A stretch of DNA of 64,000 nt from a virus. Under the pieces are notes generated by a model. The model saw only the letters and a program-made list of their open reading frames with translations, did not search any database and had not been told where the DNA came from. The stretch lies in the IMG/VR virus record IMGVR_UViG_3300020048_000029, positions 88,687 through 152,686 of that record, one strand, 5' to 3'. Position 1 is the first letter of the stretch. Every line of letters begins with the position of its first letter. Position numbers and translations under genes: made by a program. Shown here in pieces: positions 19,137 through 28,247 of the stretch.

Positions 19137-19462
19137 ATTTCCTCCGGCTTTACATACGCTTGAGACATTTCAACGCTATTACTTAACTTGTGGTTATATG
19201 TACAAGGAGTGCAGTCTCTGAACCCATTCTCTGCAACAATACCTCCAGGACATTCCAACTTGTAGTAATACGGGCAACGGCAGAACATGCAGTTAAACCC
19301 TTCTTTTAGATCTACACCTTTATGGCAAGGAAAGTGGACACAGTTCCTGTTCTCAAAGTACAGATGGCTGAACGGAATACCAGTTTGCTTTTCGCTTCGC
19401 TTCTTAAACAGCTCAGCTCTTTTAGGGTCTTCAAGCGTCCAGTCTTTCACACACATCTCCAA
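19127..19462 (-). CDS. Cysteine-rich small domain protein (zf-like family)
   Basis: FENRNCVHFPCH...FNCMFCRCPYY...DCTPCTYNH. Confidence 0.75.
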   Translation of the reverse strand: MEMCVKDWTLEDPKRAELFKKRSEKQTGIPFSHLYFENRNCVHFPCHKGVDLKEGFNCMFCRCPYYYKLECPGGIVAENGFRDCTPCTYNHKLSNSVEMSQAYVKPEEMWE

Positions 19463-19659
19463 GCTTGCTGATAAAATATCACCCAGCTATTAAGGTTCAC
19501 AGGAGGCATTTTACCGGTGTTGTAATAATGCATTCCGTAGTAAGTGTGCATTGGATTTGAAGTGTCAGACTTTGCAGCGCTTTGCTGTTTTACGTCTCCA
19601 CCTTCTCGTATTGTTATCCCTGTCTTCTTCGCGAAATCTGCAAGTTTTTGACTTATCAT
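19447..19659 (-). CDS. Hypothetical protein
   Basis: ORF with AAAGGA SD. Confidence 0.55.
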   Translation of the reverse strand: MISQKLADFAKKTGITIREGGDVKQQSAAKSDTSNPMHTYYGMHYYNTGKMPPVNLNSWVIFYQQAWRCV

Positions 19660-19713
19660 AAATTTATCCTTTCAAAAAATTAATATATATTCTAAAAAAA
19701 TGGGAGTTAAGAA

Positions 19714-20088
19714 ATGTTAGTATATCAGGCAATATCAGAAGACATATCAAAGCTTTATCCTGGAGCGTTGAAATGGTATGAAGAGAAAGTTCTTCAACAT
19801 CCGAGCAAGGAGATTCTTAGGTTTCCTTACGGATTCGCCATAATCGATCATAAGAAGAAGAAGATCTGCACGCTCTTTATTTACGATGGGCTAAGGGGAG
19901 TTGGGTATGGCCCAAAGCTGTTCAAGAAGTGCTTTGAAGCTCTTGGGACAAATAAGCCTGTGATATCAATTTCCGAAGAAACATTGCCATCTATGATGTC
20001 GATACTTCTTCACTACGATTTCGTTTTGACCAGAGTTGTCTCCGGAGCTTATCGAGATGGTAAAAAAGAATTTTTCTTTAATGAATAG
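19714..20088 (+). CDS. GNAT-family acetyltransferase (lone inverted gene)
   Basis: KKICTLFI...RGVGYGPKLF acetyl-CoA motif; GGGAG SD. Confidence 0.7.
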   Translation: MLVYQAISEDISKLYPGALKWYEEKVLQHPSKEILRFPYGFAIIDHKKKKICTLFIYDGLRGVGYGPKLFKKCFEALGTNKPVISISEETLPSMMSILLHYDFVLTRVVSGAYRDGKKEFFFNE

Positions 20089-20121
20089 AGCCGGATTACC
20101 CGGCCCTACCATTATTCAACT

Positions 20122-20481
20122 CTATTTAATAGAGTCAAATTCTTCGAGAAGCATCTTCATATCAGCAGACTTCTCAGCGGCTTCAACATAAGCCTCACGC
20201 TGCTTAATAGCGATAAGCTCAGCATCCATACGCTCTTTAAGTTCCGCTTTTCTGATCGCGTCCGACTTTCTCTTTTCGTGAGAAGCGACATCGATCTTGT
20301 CGATGACCCATGCACTAGCAATAGTCGTATCGTCTGTCACACTATTAACTCTGACAGCGCTAATTCCATTGTTGCGAGTCTCAACTGCTACAAAATCGCC
20401 AACTTCAATATCGTCAACAGGACAAAGAAAGAAATACTCTTTATCAGGCGTTCCAGAGTAAATAATTCCAACACTTTTCAT
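20122..20481 (-). CDS. Conserved phage hypothetical protein (SH3-like N-terminus plus coiled coil)
   Basis: KEYFF...DIEVGDFVAVET. Confidence 0.6.
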   Translation of the reverse strand: MKSVGIIYSGTPDKEYFFLCPVDDIEVGDFVAVETRNNGISAVRVNSVTDDTTIASAWVIDKIDVASHEKRKSDAIRKAELKERMDAELIAIKQREAYVEAAEKSADMKMLLEEFDSIK

Positions 20482-20494
20482 ACAAATCTCCTTT

Positions 20495-21403
20495 TTAATG
20501 TCTTGACATGTATTCCATAGCAGACGCTATGAAACCATCTTTATAGGACTCAACAATTTCAGCTAACTCTTCAGAACTGTATCCATTGAAGTTTTCAAGA
20601 ACAGTGTTTGATTTTATGTACCCTTCCGGATCCTCCATGAAATCATCATAACTGTGCTCTTTGTCATCGTATCTTGGGTTGAAGAAGAAGTCAATTGAAC
20701 CCTGCTTTGCATAGTCCTCAGCAGAACTGCCGCGGCTTATTGGTTCTCCGATAAACTTCTTCTCAGTCTGCATTATTCTAACACACACGTCACCGTCAGC
20801 CGCGTTCATAGAGTTTGCATACACTTCAGCTGCTTCTTCGAATGTCATCCCTGTTGGGACCTTCTCTGAAGCAAGTATGTCGAACATGCACAAGTCACCA
20901 TCTTTGTAGTCGAGAAGAAGCTTTGTTTCAGTTCTTCTTGTAATTCCAAAGAATGTGCCAGACGCATTCCTAAGAGACGTATTACCATTACGATCTTCAA
21001 GGAACACAGACCCGTCTTCAAAGTGAAAAACTCTTTTGTTTCCGAAAACAATACAAGTTTCTGCCCATCCAATATCTTCTACAAAATTGTTTTCAATGAG
21101 GAAATTGCAGTAGTCTTCGCCGGATTCCCATTGGAGCTCAAAATTCTCGATAACACTTCCATTTTCAACTATCACTCTTCCAGCGCGACCTGTTAATGAG
21201 TCATACCAATTATCAGTGATCGTGCAGCTATTGATTTCAGAAATCTCTTTCAAAGCATCTGTAGGAGGGTTTGTATCGGTATCGAAAGATGCGATATTAT
21301 CTCCGCACGAAAGTCTTGAGAATGGTCTTTCGCGAGTACCATCAAATCCAACTATCTCATCTCTATGGCAGTTGAACTCTATCTTGTTAGCGCAGCAATT
21401 CAT
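20495..21403 (-). CDS. Acidic hypothetical protein
   Basis: 302-aa ORF. Confidence 0.65.
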   Translation of the reverse strand: MNCCANKIEFNCHRDEIVGFDGTRERPFSRLSCGDNIASFDTDTNPPTDALKEISEINSCTITDNWYDSLTGRAGRVIVENGSVIENFELQWESGEDYCNFLIENNFVEDIGWAETCIVFGNKRVFHFEDGSVFLEDRNGNTSLRNASGTFFGITRRTETKLLLDYKDGDLCMFDILASEKVPTGMTFEEAAEVYANSMNAADGDVCVRIMQTEKKFIGEPISRGSSAEDYAKQGSIDFFFNPRYDDKEHSYDDFMEDPEGYIKSNTVLENFNGYSSEELAEIVESYKDGFIASAMEYMSRH

Positions 21404-21683
21404 TTAGTTTCCCGATTTTAGTGTTTAGCACTTTTTCAAGCTGTTTTACCTTGTATTTGTGATCGCTCATTATGATGGACTTCATCTTTTCCACAGCAGC
21501 TTTCGCCGTGAATTCAAATTGAATATTGGTCTTTCGACCTTTAACATCGATAAGGCAATCCATACCTCTTTTGGCATAGTAGATTGCTCTTCTGTGAACA
21601 ATCTTGTCACTACCATCAACCGATCTCGCTGTCGATTCAACAGGCTTTACATCGTTACCTGTAAGAACGTAAATAACAGTCAT
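21387..21683 (-). CDS. Hypothetical protein
   Basis: Coupled ORF. Confidence 0.6.
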   Translation of the reverse strand: MTVIYVLTGNDVKPVESTARSVDGSDKIVHRRAIYYAKRGMDCLIDVKGRKTNIQFEFTAKAAVEKMKSIIMSDHKYKVKQLEKVLNTKIGKLNELLR

Positions 21684-21967
21684 TACTTCTCCTCACGGCA
21701 CTTGTCGTACCACTCGTTCAACTTTATAAGTCTTTCAGCATGTTGGTCCCAAACCTTGTCAGCTTTAGACTTTGCGCTGTTAATTAAAATCCTTGAAGAA
21801 AGCTTGTGAACGTGAGCAGGATCAGTGTAGAAATCAATTTTTTCAAGAGACTTGATTAGCTCAGACTCATTCTTACCGGAGTAAGAAACCCCGTCAATTA
21901 CAACCTTATTGTCTTTGACGACATGAGTTCTGGGGAGCCCCTCTAAAATTGTGTACACCTTATCCAT
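21683..21967 (-). CDS. Hypothetical protein (start reassigned to MDKVY)
   Basis: ATG 21967 overlaps the stop of the upstream small gene. Confidence 0.55.
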   Translation of the reverse strand: MDKVYTILEGLPRTHVVKDNKVVIDGVSYSGKNESELIKSLEKIDFYTDPAHVHKLSSRILINSAKSKADKVWDQHAERLIKLNEWYDKCREEK

Positions 21968-22127
21968 GCTTTTTTCTCGCTTTCTTCTTGGCAATCCGAG
22001 CCTTGCGTTGAGCTTTTGTCTTTGTAGACTGCGGCCTTTTACCACCGCTTCCGCTCTGTTCATAAGGCGTTGCCATCATAGGCGAAAACATTGCTACTGA
22101 CAGTAGCGCAGGCAAAATACTTTTCAT
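21960..22127 (-). CDS. Small basic protein (55 aa), below ORF-track cutoff
   Basis: MKSILPALLSVAMFSPMMATPYEQSGSGGKRPQSTKTKAQRKARIAKKKARKKHG; AAGGAG SD. Confidence 0.65.
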   Translation of the reverse strand: MKSILPALLSVAMFSPMMATPYEQSGSGGKRPQSTKTKAQRKARIAKKKARKKHG

Positions 22128-22555
22128 TTATCACTCCTTTGTGATATCAATTCTGTTAACCCTAAAGCCATCTTCTCAGAGGCGTCTTCGAGCTCGTTAA
22201 TATGCCTTCTAGCATCTTCCATGTTAGTTATATAAGCCTTCTGCCGTCTATTGAACTCATCGTTCAAGTAGTCAACAAAATTCATGTATAGATCGAGTAT
22301 TTGTTCTGGGGTTTCAATCCCTTGCAAGATGTACTCTATCTTGTTTCCAGATACTCTTGAGATATCATCCCTGAAGATCTTTGGAATCCGCTTGTCATCA
22401 GCACTGAAAACCGTTTTAAATTCAGGATTCAAACTTTCAAGGCGAAGATTTTTTACACCGTTTTGCTTGAACATTGTTAACTTGTAATTCAGCTCAATTT
22501 CGAACTCAACATGGACCGATCCCGCTTCAACAAAAGATCTAAACTTCATAGGCAC
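22124..22555 (-). CDS. Hypothetical protein
   Basis: ORF with AAGGAG SD. Confidence 0.6.
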   Translation of the reverse strand: MPMKFRSFVEAGSVHVEFEIELNYKLTMFKQNGVKNLRLESLNPEFKTVFSADDKRIPKIFRDDISRVSGNKIEYILQGIETPEQILDLYMNFVDYLNDEFNRRQKAYITNMEDARRHINELEDASEKMALGLTELISQRSDK

Positions 22556-22569
22556 TCCTTAAAATTATT

Positions 22570-22605
22570 AAAAAAAATAGACGTAGTTTACAAACTACGC
22601 CTATT
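22570..22605 (-). terminator. Intrinsic terminator closing a non-coding transcript
   Basis: TAGGCGTAGTTT-GT-AAACTACGTCTA followed by T8. Confidence 0.75.
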
Positions 22606-22912
22606 CTAGCTGTAACACGATCGTACATCGTTACAGCGTTCCGAACCCCTCCGCGACACCACTTTACTTAGTGGGCGCTCGGGGTTGCAGTAACACTTGG
22701 AAAAATGGTCGGTTTGTATCAGACACCGACCAAGCCTGTGGCTACGCTAATTTTAATGACACCGGCAATTGTTCATAGCCCCGATGCCAAGCTTTGGTTA
22801 CTTAACGCCTACCTGGACGCACTTTAATTAATATACACGCACACAAGTTGCATGCATACAACAATCACGGTCGTGAGCCGCAAAAGCGAAGTGACCATTA
22901 ATATTCCCTTCA
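22570..22912 (-). ncRNA. Candidate ~340-nt multi-hairpin ncRNA
   Basis: No ORF in the track; own promoter and terminator; at least five stems, two with several G-U wobbles on the minus strand. Confidence 0.55.
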
Positions 22913-22927
22913 TAGTAATTATACCAG
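22888..22927 (-). promoter_or_regulatory. Early-type promoter (TGGTATAAT)
   Basis: Near-copy of 18892-18931. Confidence 0.6.
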
Positions 22928-22966
22928 AAAATGTTAATTAATAACATCTTCTTCTTTCATGATTAG

Positions 22967-23314
22967 TCACTTGAACACCGCCAATAATATTGCTGTCACA
23001 GCAAGAGAGATTGAAACTAGCTTCCAAATTAAGACCTTCTTTCGAGCTATACTCTCTTTGTCCCGATCTTCGTACAGAGATTTCACCTTTAGAGTAGCTC
23101 CACTTTCATATTTAGGATCGCACTCAATTCCGAATGCTGAATGGGCAAGGTTGATATACAACTTTGTAATCTCAGTCTTGTCATCACACGACTCTTTAAT
23201 AATCTTTGCAGCTTCATTCTTGGCAAGTGCGACTGAGCATCTCCCGTCAAATGCTTCATCAAGCTTCTTCAGAAAGTAATCTTCTGATTTCATCCACTCT
23301 CCTTTCTCTCTCAC
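22967..23314 (-). CDS. Hypothetical protein with C-terminal TM helix
   Basis: LVSISLAVTAILLAVF. Confidence 0.55.
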   Translation of the reverse strand: MREKGEWMKSEDYFLKKLDEAFDGRCSVALAKNEAAKIIKESCDDKTEITKLYINLAHSAFGIECDPKYESGATLKVKSLYEDRDKESIARKKVLIWKLVSISLAVTAILLAVFK

Positions 23315-23696
23315 TTATAATTGCGCGTCGCTCCTCTTCCCCAGCTACGAAATCAGCCTTCGCCTGGTAGAATCTTCTCTCAACACCTTCAACGAAATTC
23401 TTGACACGAACCTTTATTGACTCAATGTGCTCCACATAGTTTTCTTTGTCAACATCGACTGTGAATTCCATGGTGCCTTTGTGGAAGTTTATTAGAACCA
23501 TATCTCTCTGTCCTTCTACATCAAACTGCCTTGTGTAGTACTCCGTATTTGCAAACGCAGGGATTTCAAGTCTTATCCCTGGACGACTTGCTCGACACTC
23601 AGCTTTAACGGTAAACAACTTCAAGAAGTGAACACTAATCGTAACTGTGTTACACTTTTGACTTATCTCGTACAGTTTTTCTTCTTTGGATGACAT
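23259..23696 (-). CDS. Hypothetical protein
   Basis: Coupled ORF. Confidence 0.6.
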   Translation of the reverse strand: MSSKEEKLYEISQKCNTVTISVHFLKLFTVKAECRASRPGIRLEIPAFANTEYYTRQFDVEGQRDMVLINFHKGTMEFTVDVDKENYVEHIESIKVRVKNFVEGVERRFYQAKADFVAGEEERRAIISERERRVDEIRRLLSEEA

Positions 23697-23907
23697 CGCT
23701 ATACACCTTTACAGTTATTAGTTTATGATTAACTTCAGCTTCCCATATCTTTGCTATTCCAAGAACGCTTTTAGGCTCCTTGTTCAATCTTGCTGCTACT
23801 GCGATAGCTCCTCCAATGGTAAACTTTTTCGCAAGATTGAAGTCTCTAACAATTTCTCCTAGTTCGTTAATGAAGTAACTGCCTCCGAATGTTACCACGT
23901 ACTTCAT
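23650..23907 (-). CDS. Hypothetical protein
   Basis: Coupled ORF. Confidence 0.55.
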   Translation of the reverse strand: MKYVVTFGGSYFINELGEIVRDFNLAKKFTIGGAIAVAARLNKEPKSVLGIAKIWEAEVNHKLITVKVYSDVIQRRKTVRDKSKV

Positions 23908-24245
23908 TCTTCACCCCAGCTAATGTTGATGTCAATTGAAGTGTCGAGGCAATCATCAACAGAAATTTCAACACTCTCAGACTCGAACGTGTCTGCGTTT
24001 ACAACTTCAATCTCTTGGGACTCACACATGTCTAGCACATCAAGAACCTCTCCGATGTTTAGCCCTGTTGCGAAATCTTCGTCGTAGTAGATAGTTGTTA
24101 CGCCGGTACCCTCGTTAGACTTCACTTCAGATATGGCAAATTTGTCTTCATCTCCAGAGTGGAAGACGCAGCACGGTCTGTCAAGTTCAAGGCTGTTCTT
24201 TTTGATTGCGGCTCTCATACTTGCCACAAGTTCTTTCGCTAACAT
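23904..24245 (-). CDS. Acidic hypothetical protein
   Basis: ORF with AAGGAGG SD. Confidence 0.6.
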   Translation of the reverse strand: MLAKELVASMRAAIKKNSLELDRPCCVFHSGDEDKFAISEVKSNEGTGVTTIYYDEDFATGLNIGEVLDVLDMCESQEIEVVNADTFESESVEISVDDCLDTSIDINISWGEE

Positions 24246-25558
24246 TCAGGCCTCCTTAAAAGGTGTTTAATATGGACTCTCGCAGCGTTCACAGGGACGG
24301 CATTTCCGATCTGCTTAACCACGTCTTTTTTAGTTCCGACGAACTTGTAATCCTTCGGAAACGACATCGCCGCGGATAACTCATGGGGCTGAAGCATCCG
24401 GTATCTGATCTCAAGCTTATGAGGAACCCCGTTCAACTCAACAATCCCAAACCGATCGTGAGTTGTAACGGTTGGAAGCGGCTTGTCAAGAGACTTTGAC
24501 GATCCTGTTCCATAATACTCAACAAGGAACGGTTCACACACGGACAACTGTGTTCCAGCCCCGGTAACAGTCGGAAGCGGAGAGTTTACATCACGGCAAT
24601 ACCCTGGCGAGTAATTTGCCACAACAAATGGTTCACACAAGAAATGTTTATTCCCGCCTGCCGTTATCGTGTGGATCGGTTTGTCGATAGGGGTTGAGTT
24701 ACTCGTACCTTGCATCTTAACCAAGAACGGTTCTGCAAGAGCTACGTGCTGCCCAGTCGTAAGAGTTGGAACCGGATCGTTAATACTGCGAGAGTTACTC
24801 TGCCCTCTCAAAATAACAAGGAATGGATCAACAAGCTCTGGAGACACGTACCGCCGGATCCCGTGTTCAATTCTCCGAAGAGTGTTTTCGCACAGCGGTT
24901 TATTCCTGTCAGACAAACTCTCGCCCTTGATTTCCCAGTCGATTATCGATCTAGCTGATTTCCACTCATCCTCAGAATGAGTCTGGTCCGGCCAAGTTAC
25001 TTTCGACTTCTTGGAAGCAAGGAGGAAAAACCGACTCCGAGTCGTAGGATCTCCATAGTCAGCGCAGTTCACAACTTTGTGTTCAACACTGTATCCGAGA
25101 CGCTTGATCTCTTTTACGAACCAGTTGAAGTACTCACCCTTCTTCTTCTCGATCGGTTTAAGATCTTTTCCGAGCGGACCCCAAGTCTTGAACTCTTCAA
25201 CATTCTCAATGAAAATATTGTCGATGTCAAGAGCTTCAGCCCACTCAATAACTCTCTTAGCCCCAGATCTACTCTGGTCATCCTTTGGCTTCCCGCCTCT
25301 CGCTTTCGAGAAGTGAGTACACTCCGGTGACGCGCAGAGCAAGTCAAGACGACCTTCAGGAAAAAGCTCCTTAGGGTCAATGAGCTCAAGCTCATCCTTG
25401 ATATGTCGAACCTCTGGATGGTTGAGTTCATGGGTTTTGATCGCCATATCCCAATGATTAACAGCAGTCAATCTTGGGGTAAATCCAAGCTCTCTGGCGG
25501 CAAGCATGGCTCCGGTTGAAGTTCCGCCGGCTCCGCAGAACAAGTCAGCTATTAACAC
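24239..25558 (-). CDS. C5-cytosine DNA methyltransferase (orphan)
   Basis: Motif I DLFCGAGG, IV SPECTHFS, VI ENVEEF, VIII PTTRSRFF, X QIGNAVP; repeated TRD units (PLPTVT/PIHTIT). Confidence 0.93.
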   Translation of the reverse strand: MLIADLFCGAGGTSTGAMLAARELGFTPRLTAVNHWDMAIKTHELNHPEVRHIKDELELIDPKELFPEGRLDLLCASPECTHFSKARGGKPKDDQSRSGAKRVIEWAEALDIDNIFIENVEEFKTWGPLGKDLKPIEKKKGEYFNWFVKEIKRLGYSVEHKVVNCADYGDPTTRSRFFLLASKKSKVTWPDQTHSEDEWKSARSIIDWEIKGESLSDRNKPLCENTLRRIEHGIRRYVSPELVDPFLVILRGQSNSRSINDPVPTLTTGQHVALAEPFLVKMQGTSNSTPIDKPIHTITAGGNKHFLCEPFVVANYSPGYCRDVNSPLPTVTGAGTQLSVCEPFLVEYYGTGSSKSLDKPLPTVTTHDRFGIVELNGVPHKLEIRYRMLQPHELSAAMSFPKDYKFVGTKKDVVKQIGNAVPVNAARVHIKHLLRRPEC

Positions 25559-25866
25559 TCCGCCTCCAATTTCCTTACGCTTTCCATAAGAAGCCCAAGT
25601 TCTTTTTTATAGTCGCGCTTCGCTTTCTCGTGATCTGCTTTGATCTTTTCGAGCTTCACCATGTACGCTTCATTTAAAGTGTTGTACGCATCAATTTCAA
25701 AGTAAGGTGTTGTCACTTTGATGTGTCCATCAACAGTTTTTGCACTCATTTCCTTACAGCCTTCAATAGATACGGTAGCGCATCCAGGGTATACGCTTGT
25801 AACTGCAACCTTTGCAAGAGTGCTTGAAGCACAATAGAGCACATCACCAACTTTCAATCCATCCAT
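25552..25866 (-). CDS. Hypothetical protein
   Basis: Coupled ORF. Confidence 0.6.
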   Translation of the reverse strand: MDGLKVGDVLYCASSTLAKVAVTSVYPGCATVSIEGCKEMSAKTVDGHIKVTTPYFEIDAYNTLNEAYMVKLEKIKADHEKAKRDYKKELGLLMESVRKLEAEC

Positions 25867-26090
25867 TCATAACCACACTTTTTACATTTTGTTGTAACAG
25901 TCTCAACCGTTATCATGTCGCTCGGGTGGTCGCACATGGCTTGCTTAGAAATCTCTTGGTAGGCCTCGATAGCCTTAACATACTTTTCATTAGCATCAAA
26001 CACCATATCGCGACATGCTATTTTCTTCTTTGCTATTTCAAGCTTTTGAGCTACGCTTATTACATGCATTAAAACATCCTTCCAGACCAT
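25854..26090 (-). CDS. Small Zn-binding hypothetical protein
   Basis: CDH...CKKCG. Confidence 0.5.
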   Translation of the reverse strand: MVWKDVLMHVISVAQKLEIAKKKIACRDMVFDANEKYVKAIEAYQEISKQAMCDHPSDMITVETVTTKCKKCGYEWMD

Positions 26091-26419
26091 CTGAATTTCT
26101 TTAAAAATTCTTCTTTTGGGTAGATAAACACTTTTTTGTCAACGGTAAAAATGACATCACCAAGAAATATCTTAGGCTTGCCAGCAGTTGTTTCAATTCT
26201 GTTGTCAGAATCGAGCACATAACAATCCTTGATCTTATTCAATGAGTCGAGCCCGTTGAACAAAATTGCGTTCTCAGCACGCGGTCTATCGTAGTTCTCC
26301 TTCCCCTTTTCTGAAAGGTGTTGGTACAATAGACTTTTAAAACATTCTGTACAGCAATGAAGATTGTTACCTGACATTTCGACAGCGTCTGTAGTCGCAT
26401 CACAAAAATCACAAATCAT
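26069..26419 (-). CDS. Hypothetical protein with N-terminal Zn finger
   Basis: CDFC...CTEC; AGGAGG SD. Confidence 0.6.
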   Translation of the reverse strand: MICDFCDATTDAVEMSGNNLHCCTECFKSLLYQHLSEKGKENYDRPRAENAILFNGLDSLNKIKDCYVLDSDNRIETTAGKPKIFLGDVIFTVDKKVFIYPKEEFLKKFRWSGRMF

Positions 26420-26954
26420 GCATCCTCCTAAGAAATAATGTCATTTTAACTCCGTTACCGTCCTTTGAAACCTTTCCGGTTTTCAAGAACTCCTTGACCT
26501 TCCGAGCACCTATGTGGTGAGCAGCGGCAAGTATCCCAGCAGTCGTAATCTTGTACCCGTGAACTTCGCGTCCGGAGTAGAGAGTAATGTACTTTTTCAA
26601 GTACACACGGTTCTTGGTAGTTATCATTTCAAGTGCCTTAAGCTGATCTTCTTGAGTGAAGATCTCAGGGTTTTTCCTGAACTTCCTGACGGTAACACCT
26701 CTCCACCCAATGTCCTTTAGAGCAAGGTCTCCAATCTGATAAAGCCCGATATACAAACCGGATTTACTAACAGCAGCCGGGTCTCCTCCACTCTCATGGG
26801 TAGAAATCCTCCTTGCGTATTCTTCGAAGTCAAACTCGTCTTTACGACTATCCTTCTTGGACGACAAAGAGCCGGATCCGACCCTTATGTATTCGATCGG
26901 CTTTGACACTGCGAGGTGCGATACTATAATGAGAATTATTATGAACACTCTCAT
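26409..26954 (-). CDS. Lysozyme-like/lytic transglycosylase with signal peptide
   Basis: Catalytic ES in HESGGDPAAV, YIGLYQIG, GILAAAHHIG; hydrophobic N-terminus. Confidence 0.7.
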   Translation of the reverse strand: MRVFIIILIIVSHLAVSKPIEYIRVGSGSLSSKKDSRKDEFDFEEYARRISTHESGGDPAAVSKSGLYIGLYQIGDLALKDIGWRGVTVRKFRKNPEIFTQEDQLKALEMITTKNRVYLKKYITLYSGREVHGYKITTAGILAAAHHIGARKVKEFLKTGKVSKDGNGVKMTLFLRRMHDL

Positions 26955-26958
26955 AAAA

Positions 26959-27333
26959 CTATCCTTTCAAAAGATCCGCTTTCGTTATTATGTCGAAGTG
27001 TTCATACTTCTCGTTAATTACACGATTACACGCTGCGATCTTCATCTTTTCAAGTGAGATGTCGCTATCAATTATCTTGCAAAGTCTTTTCTTCAAGTCT
27101 AAGAAGTGCTCCTCTTTCGTCATAGAAAGATTTATCTGCTCATAGGTCTTTACGCCATTTGCAGTCATTCCTGTGATGATGAAGTTCCCAGCATCAAAGT
27201 CGAGAATTTTCACATCTCTAACTATTGTCGCAACCCTGATTTTGTTGTCAGAGTAGAATTTCTTGTTCAATCTGAAAATCCTCTTGGCACCGCCAAGAGA
27301 ATTTACGTTTTCACAAAAGTCTTCAAACGTCAT
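26959..27333 (-). CDS. Hypothetical protein
   Basis: Coupled ORF. Confidence 0.6.
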   Translation of the reverse strand: MTFEDFCENVNSLGGAKRIFRLNKKFYSDNKIRVATIVRDVKILDFDAGNFIITGMTANGVKTYEQINLSMTKEEHFLDLKKRLCKIIDSDISLEKMKIAACNRVINEKYEHFDIITKADLLKG

Positions 27334-28049
27334 GAAAGCTCCTTGATTACTTCAATTCCTTTGTACACCTCACGAGGAGATGGTTTTGAAGGGAAGTTGA
27401 AAATTGTACCATTACAGTTTTTGTATTGGTTTCCAGAATCCTGCGTGATAACAAATACTTCTCCGTCAACGGAAACAAGGAATCTTGCTCTGAAGTATTC
27501 ATCAATAATCCTTTTTACATCGATCCTGTTAATGATCTTTTCAACTTTGAATCCGCCGGCTTTAACAAACTCATGGTTATGAGCTGTCATCTCATTGCTC
27601 ATCATGAACACTTTTACCGGTTTTTCTTGCAACTCCATGATAACGCTCGAAGAGTCGTCGAACACATGTGTCACATCGCAAGCTTCGATCAAAGGCCACT
27701 TTTCACTCTTCCCGAAGAATATGAATTTTATGTCAGGGAAAAATTTGTTCATCATCCCTCTCGTTGACCTTCTGACACTGTCCGGTCTTTTTGTAACGCT
27801 TATCGGAACGTGACCAAGTTTTACAAGCTCTGAAACAAATTCCTCCATGCCTTCATTTGGGAGGAAATCACCAGCGTGCTCATCGCTATTGAACATCATC
27901 TCGATTTCATCCATCGCCTCTGTAGGGATGTCCATCTGTCTGTAGTCATACTTGACTTCAGCATGCTCACATCCGTACTTTATCATCACCTTTTCAATCG
28001 TGTTGTTGTTGATAAGTGTGTCATCGATATCAAACATTACTACTGACAT
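27330..28049 (-). CDS. HAD-superfamily 5'(3')-nucleotidase-like protein
   Basis: MFDIDDTL motif I, SVTKR motif II, VFDDS motif IV. Confidence 0.8.
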   Translation of the reverse strand: MSVVMFDIDDTLINNNTIEKVMIKYGCEHAEVKYDYRQMDIPTEAMDEIEMMFNSDEHAGDFLPNEGMEEFVSELVKLGHVPISVTKRPDSVRRSTRGMMNKFFPDIKFIFFGKSEKWPLIEACDVTHVFDDSSSVIMELQEKPVKVFMMSNEMTAHNHEFVKAGGFKVEKIINRIDVKRIIDEYFRARFLVSVDGEVFVITQDSGNQYKNCNGTIFNFPSKPSPREVYKGIEVIKELS

Positions 28050-28061
28050 TCCTGCTCCTTG

Positions 28062-28247
28062 TTATTTTCCACGTTGCATTTTTCTCGCTTTCTTCTCAGC
28101 AAGTCTCTTCAGCCTTTGCGACTTTGGCTTCTGATTCTTCTGCTTATTTTTTGCTGCGACTGGCGGTCTATTAGCCCTACCTGTAAGATTGAACTCTTCT
28201 TCAGAAATTGAATGCTTGCGAAGGATTTTATAGATAAGTTCATTCAT
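28062..28247 (-). CDS. Small basic protein
   Basis: K/R-rich C-terminus. Confidence 0.55.
   Translation of the reverse strand: MNELIYKILRKHSISEEEFNLTGRANRPPVAAKNKQKNQKPKSQRLKRLAEKKARKMQRGK

Noticed and set aside
24239-25558. Complete restriction-modification system
   Set aside because: No recognisable cognate endonuclease nearby; treated as an orphan methyltransferase.
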